DNA of 64,000 nucleotides from Lytechinus pictus (Eukaryota): NCBI RefSeq assembly GCF_037042905.1, contig NC_087252.1, positions 9,426,001 to 9,490,000 of the forward strand, read 5' to 3'. Shown piece by piece: positions 12,778 to 26,646 of this stretch (position 1 is its first letter; each line of letters starts with the position of its first letter). The notes under the pieces were generated by a model. It saw only the letters and a program-made list of their open reading frames with translations, ran no database searches and was not told where the DNA came from. The position numbers and the translations under genes were made by a program.

Positions 12778-12993
12778 GAAGCCGAAAAGATGGATGGGCT
12801 GTGCATGAAATTCCACGCTGTTCTACCGGCCGTCCGTACTGATTTTCTCGCCATCCCTACGACTGGAACCGACAAGTCCTACGTTGATAAGTGGCTTGAA
12901 GAGCAGAAGAAGGTCATCAACAGAAAGCTAAAGGTTAAGGCTGTTGGTATCTTGAAAGCCATCAGAGAGCATGACCCTGCTTCTGAAAAGTAA
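12778..12993 (+). pseudogene. Orphan 3' fragment (last 71 codons) of the 338-aa gene with a divergent C-terminus
   Basis: EAEKMDGLCMKF...INRKLKVKAVGILKAIREHDPASEK*, joined to downstream flank by a GAAG microhomology and followed by a unique 3' region. Confidence 0.88.
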
Positions 12994-13945
12994 AATAGAC
13001 GAAGTAGAACGGAATATCACGCGCTGATATAAAATCATCAACAGGGCCTATATTACTGTTGAACATGATGTCAAAATACATCAGGAGTTCATGTTTTTGT
13101 ACTAAAAATGTCAAGGGTTTCTAGTTTGAAACTATTTAGAAACTTTGTCCCATATTGGCCCATCTGGCCTCCTCGAAATTGTTGGCCCATTGCATAACTC
13201 AAAACATGACAGTGCACCTGTGATTTCCTGGGGAGAATTTGGCAAAACAGATCAGTCCGTTTCAAATCTTGGTCTCTTTGAGCTGCATTCAAAACATACT
13301 GTTTGAAGTTGCAAATATTTGTATATATTATGTCGCTTTACATCGCATCGTATTTCATAATGATAAACTAAATCAGTTTGGTTTAATACAGACCAAAACA
13401 TGCTGGTATATGCTAGAGGCCCCTTCTATACAAAAGAATTACAAACATTTCATATTATTTTTGCTGAAGTGTCTAAGATTTGTATTAAAATAGGACACAG
13501 TTGTTTTTCTTTCATTTCTTAACATATAATGTTTTGAAGGTTTACTTGGTGTTATTGAGAATATAAAAGATAATAATGCTTTATCAAATCATGTGATAAT
13601 TTTGATAAAAATATGATTTACACTAATCGTAAACTGGGGAGTGTTCCCACATGTAGGTAAATACGCACGAAATACATTGACGCTGCACCATACTAAATTG
13701 AAAATGTTTCCCTGTCGTATGTTAATGTCGTAAGTCAATTATATTTTAGTTTTTATTTTATTACATTTAACTCCATGTCACTTCCCTCTTTCATTTTTTT
13801 TCTTTCACTGATCTTCACCCATCAAAGTCAATTGACAAAAAAAAAATCAAATATAAGGTTATCTTGCGACAAAGCTCCATTTGGATTAATGATTAATAAA
13901 TATAGTATTTAATAATTATAAATGATAATAATAAGAATAATAGTT

Positions 13946-13976
<31 letters not shown>

Positions 13977-15043
13977 TAATAATAATAATAGGAAAATTAT
14001 AATTTTATGAACAATAGCAATAATGATATCAGTAAATAGTAATGGTAAATTAATAATAATACAATTATGAAAAATATTATTGTCATTTGAAGAAAAAAGT
14101 CATAAAGCAGATAGGTTTTATAATTCACATCTTGTTTTTTTTTTTTTTTTTTTTTGTGTTGCATATATAATTATCCGATAAACTTTATATAGCTGTACCC
14201 TTATTTTTTCTAAGAATAGACGCAGAGATGTTTTATTTCTGTATTCACATGATTTCACAAACATGTGGATCTATATAGAGACATAAGCGGTATAACCTTT
14301 TTTCTACATTTCTTTCTATTACATGACGTATTTTATTACTGTTCGGTGTTGGGCATGTTTCGGTATATAGTTTAAAAAATACAAGTAAAAATAATTGGTT
14401 TCTGCATGTATTTATGGGTTAATGGGTTACGTTTTTACGAATAATTTTACGAAAAATGATGCAATGATCAAAGAACTTTATTTTCCTTCCTTTGTTATAA
14501 TTGATGTATACTTTAGTTTGTACTCTATTTACTATGTATGGGAAAAATGTAATCTAAATAAAGGCTTAAAAAAACTCTGGAACTAAAACCTACAATTTGT
14601 GGTCCCATTTCATGCTTTCGTCTACCTGTCTTGGTTGGTAAATCACAATCGTCAATCATTTTAACTTGTATTTATCACCTCTTTCTGTAAATTCACTAAA
14701 TTGATATACATGATCGCCTAATTTGGGTAGATTTAACAATTTATTGCAAAACTGTAAGATATGTTAATTGTTCTTGCAATGTCCCTGGCTTACATATTGG
14801 TGACTTTGTTGACTTCTCTATCGGTTACATGTTGAAAAGTACATTTTCTAGTTTGAATCAAAAGAAAACTGTGATGAATATAGGCTTACATTATTATGGA
14901 ATTCTTTGTTATTTCCTCAACAGTGGTGTACCAAGTGGGGGCAGGGGCAGTCTGCCCCGCCGCCCCCCCCCCCCCTCCCTTCTGGCGGATTTATCCGGGG
15001 GGGGGGGCAGGACAAGGGGAAGAGGGAGAGAGAAAGCAATTCA

Positions 15044-15182
<139 letters not shown>

Positions 15183-17401
15183 CGGAAGGAAGGAGAGAAA
15201 GAAAGAAACAGGAAGGAGATAAAGAAAGTAAGTAAGAAAGAAAGAACAAAAAAGAAAGAGAAAGGGAACGAAAGGAAGAAACAGAGGAATGAGGGGGAAA
15301 GAAAGAACATAAAGAGGAGAAAGGTAAAACGGGAGCAAAGGGGGTAAAGGAAGGAAAGAACAAATTATCCTGAAATACTATTATAAGAGTGAGAAACGGG
15401 AAATAAATTAAGATTTGGCAAAATGGCAACATTTATTACGGGAAAGGAAAAGAAAATAGGCACCAAAAAAAGCGGATATGAAGGTAGAATGGAACGAGCT
15501 AAAATGCTATGTGAAATTTGAGTTAAAAAATGAAGAAGAAAAAACAAGGCCGGGAAAAAATAAGAACATGGCCGGGCTGCCAATTAGAAATAAAGAACGA
15601 GAAAAAAGAATGGAATAGCGAATGTATATGAATTAGTCTTATCATGCTTTTAGGCTTGCCGCAATCAGGACCCCCCAAAAAATATTAAAATTAGAAAGGT
15701 TCAACAGGTACCGCCAAAACATTGCCTATCTCCCTAGCTATGGACCTTCATCCTAGGTCCATACATAGACATAGACATAGACATACATAGAAGACATAGA
15801 CATGCCCATTTAATGACATAATTTCCATTTCAGAAAGCCTAAAATTTTCTCGCTCGTGAAAAGGAAATATAGCTCACTAATCGAACGATATAAGGCGAAT
15901 CACAAGCAGAAAATAGTTGATGCTAAGACGTGAAAAGTGAAGATGTAAAGGTTTTAATGGCAAAGAGTGCCCCTTTCTCACTTAACAGATAATACAAGCG
16001 CGAGGCGCGGGCAGAAATTCTGTATAGGCTGCACTGACCTAGAAGGAAAGTTTTAAACACTGTTCGGGAAGTAAAAAAAAAAGAATCATGAAGAGGATAC
16101 GTACGACAGTAAATGAATAATGTCAGCGAAAAGCTCCAGCTGATTTATTTTTCAGATAAAGATGGGCATTAAATAGTTAACGCGGTCGCGAGGCATAATA
16201 TTGAATATTTTATATAGTGACATGCAAAAGGAATATCTAAAGGACTCTTTTCAAGAATTCACAACTGAAATAATGCGAGCGCGAAGCGCGAGCCTTAGTT
16301 TTTTTTTTACATTTAGACCTGAAAAGAATCGTTTCAAGCATCGTTACACATTTAGAAAAGTCAATATGCGGATATTTTTGTCAGTAAATAAACCAACTGA
16401 AATACAAGACCTCGAAATATTTTTGGACGGACATCACATGGCCAATTTTGTCCCCCACCCTTAAATTTGGGAGAAACCTCTCTCCCCATCCCCTAGTCTC
16501 ACACCCGTGGTGTTTTGATAGGACAACATGTAGGTAATCAAAGTTATACCTCGGTCAAATTTGGTCTACGGCGGCCGTACGTACAGCGAGTCAGAAACAG
16601 CCGTTTTAACAAATTGTAATAATATTATGAATTAAAATAATGAATAAAACAGCTCTTTTCGACTCGCCGTACAATCGCCGTAGAGCAAATGTGACCAAGG
16701 TATTACGGGTGTTGAACTCATAGAACATTTTGATTTCGTTACATACTCTTATAGGGCAGGGGCGGATCAAGGAATTCCCAAAAGGGGGGGGCACATTTTC
16801 CAAAGGAAAATTTGATAAGCAAAAAAAAAGGGGGGGTTCACTAGAAAATCTAGAAAATAAAGGTCATATTATTTGTCCCGCGTTAAATTTCACAAGCCAA
16901 AGGAAAATTTGATAAGCCCAAAAAAAGGGGGGGTTCACTAGAAAATCTAGAAAATAAAGGTCATATATTTGTCCTGCGTTAAATTTCACAAGCAAAAACT
17001 AAAAATTTGTTTCAATAAAAAGCCCCCGACAAATTCCCAATTCCCAATATTTGGTGAGACTCTCAAAGGGGAGGGGGGCTACTGGTGTATGAACGATATA
17101 TTTACATTAAAAATGTTGACTATGACACACAAAAGGGGCGGGTACGGCCGGGCCGGAAATGCCCCCCCCCCCCCCCCACCTGAATCCGCCACTGATATAG
17201 GTATTACAATAAACACATTTGCTCATAAGCATATCAAGGGAAAAAATCCTAATTTCTTTTAACTTCATGCTTGCCGATTATATAGAGACGTTAAGTTTAC
17301 GTGAAACGTAATGTTGTGATACTATATACATGCCGCTCTTTCTTTTCTTTTCTTTTGATCAAAATAAATTATGGTTATTTGATATAATCTGGTGTATTTG
17401 C

Positions 17402-17612
17402 GAAGATTTCCCCAAATTCAAACAAACCTGTACGTGGGGATTCACAGAAAACCAAGAAACAACTATATGTAGTTTTACCAGGAATTGTGGGAATTTCCCC
17501 AAGACGGGGTTTTACCAACTTCAAATAGGCGCTCACAATCATATGACAACTAATATTGGCAGGCATTTATGGTGGGTATTACCAAAGCTATAATGACTTG
17601 TGGGGATTTGCC
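17402..17612 (+). promoter_or_regulatory. Cluster of NF-kB/Rel-like motifs, gene copy 2
   Basis: GAAGATTTCCCC 17402, GGGGATTCAC 17436, GGGAATTTCCCC 17489, GGGGTTTTACC 17506, GGGTATTACC 17574, GGGGATTTGCC 17602. Confidence 0.6.
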
Positions 17613-17774
17613 ACTTGTATATTGATATCTTAAAGAAGGCTTTAAAAACTAGTATGGCCTGCATTATACTCAGCATTTTCAACCAAGAAGCTCGATCAGC
17701 AGGTCCGGCGGTGTCCTGAACAAAATTCTGTCCGATCACGTTCTCATTCAAATGACATTCAAAGTACAGATTTA

Positions 17775-17893
17775 AAATTGGTCACAGTACAAGAAGGACT
17801 TCTTCAAATCTTGGTACCATTTCGGATTGAAACGCAATCAAATAGTTCATCCATCTGATCACTCTAGCTGAAGATACTGAACTCGTCATTTCG
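17775..17893 (+). other. Putative non-coding 5' exon of gene copy 2 (start approximate); intron 17894-22134
   Basis: Donor TCG|GTAAGT; acceptor ttttcattcgtttgtag ending at 22134. Confidence 0.55.
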
Positions 17894-20625
17894 GTAAGTA
17901 ATATTTTGCTATTGATTTATTCATTTTTTTATTTTCTAATATTATTCCTTCATTTTCAACATCCCCAATCGCCATGAGTTATTCAGACGTGTAATTCCTT
18001 TGGGATCCCTTTACCTTTCACAATAGATCCGCGTGTACTATAAGGGGCGGATCCCGGATTTCCCAGAAGGGGGAGGGGACATTTTGTTCAGAAAAAAAAA
18101 ATTGTCAAGCAAGAAAAAATAAGAAAAGGGTCTTTACCCCCTTATGCCCGACATTTTCCATCACGAATCATGATTTTGATGGATCTCAAAGGATGTCAGC
18201 ACGGGTCGGAAATGCTTCCCCTCCCTTCCCCCCCCCCCCCTCCATTGATCCACCAATGTGCACAGGTTTGGTTCGCTATCCATTGACTCTTGACAAACCC
18301 AGACAACCGCCCAGTAATTCGTAATGTCTTGTTTCCTCTCCACGTACGTCGTTCTACTTGCTTCCTTTATCGATTTACATTACTGTGTTAATTATCATGA
18401 CCATGAGAAGCGGGGGTGATGGGGAGGGTTAGGATTTTTTTATTTTGCTCGCCATATTTTTCTTGGAACAAACTCCCCTTCATGTTGTATCAATTTTTTT
18501 TTTGCTTGCTTGTTAAAGGGAAGGTCCGGGCTGAAAATATTTGTGTCTTTATACATAGAGTAGAATTCACTGAGCAAAATGCCGAAAATGTCATCAAAAT
18601 CGGATATCAAATAATAAAGTTATTGAAGTTTAAAGTTTAGCGATATTTTGTGAAAACAGTCGTCATAAATATTCATTAGGTGGACTGATGATGTCACATC
18701 CCCACTTTCCGTTTTCTTATGTTATTACATAAATACATATTTTTTTCATTATTTCAAACTTGTGTGAATAATATGTCTCCCTTATAATGAAATAAGTTGC
18801 AGCAATAAATATCTAATGCACTATTCAGTTGTCAACCCAATTTTTCTAGTTCTTGGAGGAAAACATTAGAATAAACCTAATTTCATATAATGACATACGA
18901 AAGAACAAGTGGGGATGTGACATCATCAGCCCACCTTTGAATATTCATGACGACTGTTTTCACAAAATAATGCTCAATTTTAAAATTCAATAGTTGTTGT
19001 TATTTTTTATCCTATTTTGATGAAATTTTCGGCATTTTGCTCAGTGAATTTTTCTTTATTTATTATTAAAGCTATATATAGGCCTACTTTCAGCCCGGAC
19101 CATCCCTTTAAGAAAGCTTCCTTCACACCAATATACATTAAACAAAATAAAAATAAATATGACTCCAAGTCGACCTAATATATGCCATTCTAAATTAATG
19201 TAATAATTGTTACTGTGATTAATTCGGCTCGTATGTGACTGTAGCATAAAGTCATTAAAACATGATGCGAATCAATTTAAAGAGACATTATTTGCACGAA
19301 AATGTAGACGTGAAAGGATTTGATGTGCTAAGAAGTGTGTATTTGGTGGCTTAAAAATGTTTTCACTCAATAATGTACCGTTTCCACACGCGACGCGTGC
19401 CATATGTGTTTGGCATGCTTAGTACAGGCATATACGATCCTGGCAGCGGGGGCACAGCAACCCCCCCCCCCCCCCCACACACACACACACACACGCACAC
19501 GCACACTTTTTAAAACACGAAAACAGTGCAAAAACTGTCCCTCTTTATCACCTAAATGTCCCCGACAAACGTGCTCGGTGCCTTTCGTCTTTTCATGAAA
19601 GGCTAAATCAACCCCAGACAAATCTTGATTTGAATCAATAAAGAAAATAAACAATTATAACACTGAAAATTTCATCAAAATCGGATGTAAGATAAGAAAG
19701 TTTCCTTTATTTTTCACCAAACAGTTGTAAACACAAAGAGTGGCGTAGAGATGCGTGAGATGGGGGGCTTCCCCCCCCAAAAAAAAAAAAAAAATCACGA
19801 CCGAGGACAAAAACAAAAGGAAAGACAGAAGGGTGAATTATAATATCATCTGATATTTTTCGTAATAAAAATGTTAACATTTTTGCTCGCTCGCTTCGCT
19901 TGCTATCATTTTTTTGCCCGATATCTGGTACCCTTAAAATCTTTGGCTTATTACGCCATTGCATGCATATAAGAGAGTAAATGATATCCCTCACTCTTTG
20001 TTTTTTTTTCTATTGTTTTGAATATACAATATTCCTTTTTTTACATATTTGACAAAAAAGACCAACTTGACTGAGCGATAAAATGTTTAAACAGTAGTAA
20101 TTTCACATGTTCAGGGAGGAATAAAACTTCCTTTCACAGGACCATGAGGAAAAAATTAGAATATTTCATACGAAAAAAAAAATAGTGAGTGACGTCATCA
20201 GTCCCTAAGCTTCATTTGCATGCTGACCAGGGGCCATGCAGTAACATAAAGTTTAGCCAACAGTTTTTTTTTTACGATTGATTGCATTGACAAAAATGTA
20301 CAATCAATTTCTACAATCAAGAGTACCATAATTCGCTACACTTTGTCTTATGGGACCCAGGATGTACATAACTGTTTTACAGATTAAGCGAACCTTCAAA
20401 ATGTGTTTTTTTTTTTACATTCGAATTTAAGGGACTTTTCGGTGTTATGGTGTTTGTATTTTTCTCTTTTCATTCCAATATACTTTTTTTTAAAGTTAGC
20501 CATATTCTTTAATTATCATTGCGACCCCTTAAAGAGCACCTTTATGGTACAGAGAAGGCTAATAATTAGACGAGTTTATTCAACTAACATCTTTCGTCTT
20601 AAAATGGGCACTTCGGCCTCTCATC

Positions 20626-21044
20626 TAAAGGCGACCGCACACCTTACGACTGGTCTGCGACCCGATATTGGAACAAATCGCATTTTGCTCATTTTCTGAA
20701 GATGTGAATGGAATATATCATTTTATTTGAGGTTAAAATTAATTGAAATTATAATATTATAACCATTTTGAAAGATTGCAAGCCCTTATTTTGGAGTAAA
20801 GTCCAAATTAGTTTCAAATCGTAGCCAATCCTACGACTGCTATGACGCCATTACGACTAGATATTAGATTCGCTTTTATTCTAAGAAGGATGATAGCATA
20901 GTCACAAATTTGATCATAAGTATTCGTACGATGATTTAGAACATTACACAGTAAGATATTCCAAGTCTCAATATTAGCAAATTCTACTACATTTTATTCA
21001 AAAATCGGGTCGCAGACCAGACGTAAGGTGTGCGGTCGCCTTTA
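20626..21044. mobile_element. MITE with long TIRs, unit 2 only
   Basis: taaaggcgaccgcacaccttacg...cgtaaggtgtgcggtcgccttta. Empty site at about 7095 (ctcatcttacagtg). Confidence 0.85.
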
Positions 21045-22149
21045 CAGTGCACTCGGGTTGACCCCTCTCCATTTTCCATAACAGCGTGACCATATGGTTA
21101 TGTTCTCTTTAAGCAATAAGAGATGTCTTTCCTGTGGAAATTTTCCGACTTTCTCTTCAACAATCAATATCATTTCAAAGGGAACAATTATGTTCTATGC
21201 CCTTTTGCTTGCTACGTAAAAAAAGAAGTTGTAATCATCGTCAGAATAGCAAGATTTAATAAACAATTCAAATTTCCAAACTGCTCGCTTGTGGAATAGG
21301 CCCATCAATTACTGCTTCCAAATCAGGCATTCCATTTTGTAAATAATATGGGACAGTATTGGCTTCAGTTGTTGACCAACGAAAGATGTAACCAATGAGA
21401 TTAAAGGAAATTAGGAAATGTAGACACTGCTTCATCAAGTGTTTATGAAGTTGTTAGAAAGCGTGTGTGGGTGGGGTGGGTGTATGGATGAATGTGAGTG
21501 TGCGAGAGAGGTTTGTGTGTGAGTGTGTGTTCTGTTCGATTCTTCACCATCAACTTGACGCAACTGAGATGTTACGACCTTGTGGAGAAAATGTATCATA
21601 TAGTCAGCTACGCATGCAAAGATCCTTGTGAAAATGGTACAAAAATATGAGAATAACTTTACCAGGACATATTAAACCAATGATTCAATATTAATAATTC
21701 AGACAAGACAACTTCATATTGATGGTACATTTTCTTCTGACTCACGGTATGCAATGGCGAAAACGAATTTATATAGAATGGAGTGAACTGCATGAGACGT
21801 GTACTCACCCACGTCACACGCAGTTCACCTAAAACTTGGAGTTTTCGCAATTGGATTTTTAGGGACGGTTTCATGCAAGAACACTGTAAATGTATTGAAA
21901 AGGCAAGACAATGAAAAGCTGGGATGTCTTTGTCAATATTGCAGAACCAGACCCAGTTTCCTCATCATAGTTTCGGACACAAAAATACAAATACGTCTTG
22001 TCCAGAGTCGAGAACGAATCTGCTGTAATTTGTTTCACAAATGTTGGTCCGGCTTGATATGGAATGAGAAGTTCAAGTGATTATCATTTGATATTGCATT
22101 TATAATAATCTTCATTGTTTTCATTCGTTTGTAGATTACAACAAAAGAC

Positions 22150-23166
22150 ATGGCTGTTTCCCGGAACGAAGATAACACACAAAAGGGTCTTCAAACCTTG
22201 GAAGAAAGCCTCTCAGAGATGCCCTTGAACATGCGGCTTTTCTCACTCTCGATGCGTTCTCTGTATGCTGACAAAGCAGTTGGAGGGGGCAACAAAGCTG
22301 CTGTAGACTTCCGAAAGCTCCGTGACAACACACGGGACGACGCGATGGTTTATCTAAAAGGAGTGCTTCCGGTGGCCACCAAGTTCGTTTCCAACATCAG
22401 TGAGTTCTTCGAGTTTTACACTGCTCTTTCGTACGAAGAATGGTGCGAGATGTTGAAAGATATCCAACAGGAAATAAGCAGCTATAAGGGACTTGCGGTG
22501 ATCCTAGTGCAGATGCACCAAGATATACTGGTACCGCTAAAGAAAAGAGAAGACGAAGCCACTGTGATTGTCAAGTCACTCCAAAACCTACAAGCGGAGT
22601 ACGACAAGAAAAGAAGAGAACTCGAAAGTTCCGCTGCAACAAAAAGCGGATGGGCAATTGGGCTGTCATTTGTTCCCTTTATAGGCGCTATAGCAGGCCC
22701 AGTGCTAGCTGCCTCCGCAAACAGTGACCTCGCAGAAGCAGTCGCCAAAGGAGAAGAGTGCTACATTCAGGAAAGAGCCGCCATTGCGATCAAGGAATGT
22801 CTCGTCCCTGCCCTCAAAAACTTCATCGGTGGTCTTGAGGCTGCAGCCGGTTTCTTTTCTGTCATGGAGAATGACCTGGCGAAGTTTGAGGGCAAAGCCA
22901 ACAAAGCCTTAGAAAATAAACTGATGCTTCATTACAAAGTGATGAAGAAAGAAGCCGAAAAGATGGATGGGCTGTGCATGAAATTCCACGCTGTTCTACC
23001 GGCCGTCCGTACTGATTTTCTCGCCATCCCTACGACTGGAACCGACAAGTCCTACGTTGATAAGTGGCTTGAAGAGCAGAAGAAGGTCATCAAAAGAAAG
23101 CTAAAAGATAAGGCTGGGGGTATCTTAAAGGCCATCAAAGATTCTGACCCTGCTTCTGAAAATTAA
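22150..23166 (+). CDS. 338-aa putative alpha pore-forming-toxin-like protein (copy 2)
   Basis: Intact paralogue of 10216-11232 with 8 aa differences, same acceptor/ATG context. Confidence 0.9.
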   Translation: MAVSRNEDNTQKGLQTLEESLSEMPLNMRLFSLSMRSLYADKAVGGGNKAAVDFRKLRDNTRDDAMVYLKGVLPVATKFVSNISEFFEFYTALSYEEWCEMLKDIQQEISSYKGLAVILVQMHQDILVPLKKREDEATVIVKSLQNLQAEYDKKRRELESSAATKSGWAIGLSFVPFIGAIAGPVLAASANSDLAEAVAKGEECYIQERAAIAIKECLVPALKNFIGGLEAAAGFFSVMENDLAKFEGKANKALENKLMLHYKVMKKEAEKMDGLCMKFHAVLPAVRTDFLAIPTTGTDKSYVDKWLEEQKKVIKRKLKDKAGGILKAIKDSDPASEN

Positions 23167-24885
23167 CTTTAACGAAGCAGAACGGAATATCGCGGGCTGA
23201 AAATCCTCTTTTGTATAAAGCACTGGCGTACATTATTGGGCTCGCGGGCATGCCCCCCCCCCCAAAAAAAAAAAGTTTCACAACCGAGGAAACAAAACAG
23301 AAACGGAAAGAAATTGAAAATTAAAGAGGATGGAATTTTATGGTATTTTCTATGTCGTGAAAATCTTTACCGAAATTAGATTTTGGTAGTAAAAGGTCAA
23401 ATTGTTCTGTCTTGCAACGTTATAGAAATATTTCACCATATGGCACATCTGACTCCTAAAATTTTTGGATCCATTGCGATCTGGTATAGACGACCATTCC
23501 CACTCCCTTTAAATCCCTTGAGGAATGAAATATTGCATGTTTTAATCAGCACATGCCCATGCAGCGATGGATTGGGGGTACTTGATCCCCAAAGTTCCAA
23601 GATGAAAAAGAAAATGAGACCAAAAAAACACAATAAATAACTTCAAAATGACACTGTCAATTCATCAAAATAAAATCGATTTACTTTTTTAAAAAAGGGG
23701 AAAAAATGGTTCAACACATGGCTCAAGAAATTGTTCAACTGTTTCTTTCTCCTCCCCCCCCCCCCCTTACATACAGCCTTATTTTCGATATCGATCCACC
23801 TTAGTTGCGAGCAAGATAAACTAAAAGAAAATCTGTTTTCACCACATCCATATTGCACCTTCCCAGTGGCGTACCTAGGATTTTCCACAGGGGGGGGGGG
23901 GCAAATCGGCCGCAAAAAAAAGGTCTTCAATCAAAAATAAAGGTTTTCGTACCAGAAAAAAAATTGACGAGCAAAAAAAAAAAGGTCTTCAAGCTCGTCA
24001 GGGAGGGGGGGATATGTTTTTTGTATGGGTTGTGGCTCGTCAGGGGGGCAGACTGCCCCCCCCCCCCCCGTAGGTACGCTAGTGCACCTTCCTTTGGCTT
24101 AGCAAAAACATTTCGTTACAATTGCCAGCCACTGATCTGTTTATCAAACACACACACATAAAAAGCACCTCATCTGAAATTGTGACTGTACAAGGTTTAT
24201 ATAGGCATCATGATTTATGGCGAAAAAGTCCACGCTTTTTAAAGTCAAATTGCTATCATTTGAATTATTAACTTGATTGGTGTGCATTTGTATTTGTATA
24301 TGTTTTCCATTTAGGGCATTATCTAAAATGTCTTTGGCACGAAGTTGCGGCTTATTATTGAAAACACTTAAAGATTATATGATTGCAAGTTAAAGGATGT
24401 TCGGTATTATAACATTGTTGTCTAGAAATCGGAAGTTATTTTATATCTTTAGAATGAAGTTTAATATTTGCATCAATTTATTGTTATTTTAATTGGCCTA
24501 TAATACGTATAATAATAGGCCTATGCGGTGCGAAAATGAAATCTTGTGTGTGCGGTTTTTTTTTTTTTTTTTTGAGGGGGGTAGGTAGTTTTTGTATGCC
24601 TTGGTATTTTCTGGTCTTCAGATGGCGTTGACTTCGGTGGTGGCATTTGACTAGTTTGCAGCACAGACCCTGATTGGAACTTTCAGTACACAAGGCATGA
24701 GTAGGCTGCACATTCAGACCCTTAACTCGAGTGAAGGGTTTGCCCAGCAGACTAGCATTTGATGTCGATCGTGTATGATATTGTTCAGAGAATGCACTCT
24801 AATATGAAGTGTAGATGTGTAAACCCCGAACCACGGTATTAACAAAAGTGGAAAGTCTAGGCCTACGCTATATAATCAAGTCGAT

Positions 24886-25301
24886 CGGTAAATTGCTAAA
24901 TCGTCTATTGCCAACTCGTACACTCACCACATGTTCTATACTTCCATTTATTCTAATGCCATTCCGTCCATCAACGTTTCGTCTAACAACCATTCGGTCT
25001 AATCATCACTTCGTCTAATCACCATTCCGTCTATGACCTTTTCGATCCATAACCAGTTAATTGGTCTAATATCCATTTTATTTTCATTTATTTTGTTTAA
25101 TGAACACTTAGTACAATTAGACCAAATGTTATATGGACTAAATGGCTATTGGACCAACAGGTTATCAGACGGAATGGTGAGTGGACGAATTGGCAATTAG
25201 AGTAGACTATGTGGATAGTGGACGAACCGATGGAAGGCCAAATGATAGCAGACAAGTTGGCGATTGGACGAATTGGCATTAGACGAATTGAAAATTAACC
25301 G
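24886..25301. mobile_element. Degenerate foldback/MITE built from short internal repeats (tcgtcta / tagacga)
   Basis: cggtaaattg...tcgtctattgccaactcgt versus acgaattggcattagacga...aattaaccg. No clear TSD. Confidence 0.55.
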
Positions 25302-26646
25302 TTGAGTCAGACACGATGAACGTCATAAAAGTTCGACCAAGTTGGACGTTCAACAAGTTAACAATGCTCCCAACAAGTTCTTCAGATCAGATTCAAAATT
25401 CAAATAGAAGTTAAGAGACAGAGATGAAAGAAATTTTGGACTGGAATATTTTGTTATCATTTGGATGCATGAATAATTCTGTATATTAAATCGATGAGGA
25501 AATTAAAAGTAGCTGCATTGATGGATTGTTTTGCAAGATATAATTTATTTGACCCTTGATGAATTCAATGATTGATAACTGTGTTCTGTATTGTATCATT
25601 ACTCATAATTATTTTAAGTTTCTGAACTGATTTGATCCGAAGAAAGGGTGAAATTGACGACTTGAATTAAATTCAGTTCTCTTAAAGGGGTACTCCGCGC
25701 TAAAAATAATCATATATAGTCAAATTCACTGAGCAGAATGCTGCGAACTTCAGCAAAATCTGATAACAAATATCAGTTATTGAAATTTAAGGTCTAGAAA
25801 TATTTTTGTAAAAAACTATGCACGTCGTCATGAATATTCATTAGGTGGGCTGACGATGTTATTTCCCCCACTTTCCTTTTTCTTATGTTAATTTAATTCA
25901 TGAAATCATGTTTAAGAAATTGCCCACCGGACCAACGCACTACCACGCCCTCCCCTTGACTGTTACAGTCGTGAAATTGTGTTGGGAGTGTTTTTTTGAC
26001 GTAAATTTTCACGTTTAATTGCAATTTCTATTGATTAGACCCCCCTAAACAAATTAAAATTTGCAGCCATTTGGCTCATATAGACCTGCAAAACTTATGG
26101 CATGTCAAAGCTATGGCGTAATGAGCCAAAAATGAGGGGGCCAGACAAGGCGTATCAAGGCGAAATTGTTGAAGTGCTGCGAGTGAGTGAAGCAAGCAAA
26201 ATATTTAACATTTTTAATAAAAGAGATGAAATTCTGTGATAAAATTTGACATAATATTCACCCTCATCTTTTATGTTTCACCCCCCCCCCCTTATTCCCC
26301 CATGGTCTTGTTTCTTTTTTTTGGGGGGGGGGTCCATAGTCCCCTCCCCCATCAGTTCACGAGTGTGTCAAAGGTCTCAAAATAGTTTGCGGTCAAACCG
26401 TTCATCAGATGGATAATGTGCATTGTATTGTGCATGACCGAGGCTCTTTATGAAAAACATGATAAGAGTTTTACCATTGTCATCCAAGGATACCACCTCG
26501 GGTTGGGGTAGGGGGCAGTGGACGACCGCCCCTATGAAATTTAAAGAAGAGTGATTTACAAAAGAGAGGGAGGGAGGATAAGAGGCAAAGAATGGAAGAA
26601 TGAAGAAGTGTAGGCCTATACACGAGAACTCTTTCTTTTGTATCTG

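Larger units (their letters stand above)
1187..12780 (+). repeat. Segmental tandem duplication unit 1 (paralogous to about 14826-24736)
   Basis: Colinear similarity from aatcaaaagaaaa.tgtgatga.tataggcttacattatt to cccttaactcgagtgaag. The upstream part differs by many indels; the part after 11017 is nearly identical. Confidence 0.93.

Noticed and set aside
12742..12993. 83-aa ORF as an independent small gene
   Set aside because: The first 12 codons derive from flank sequence upstream of a rearrangement junction; no promoter or splice support. Treated as a gene fragment.
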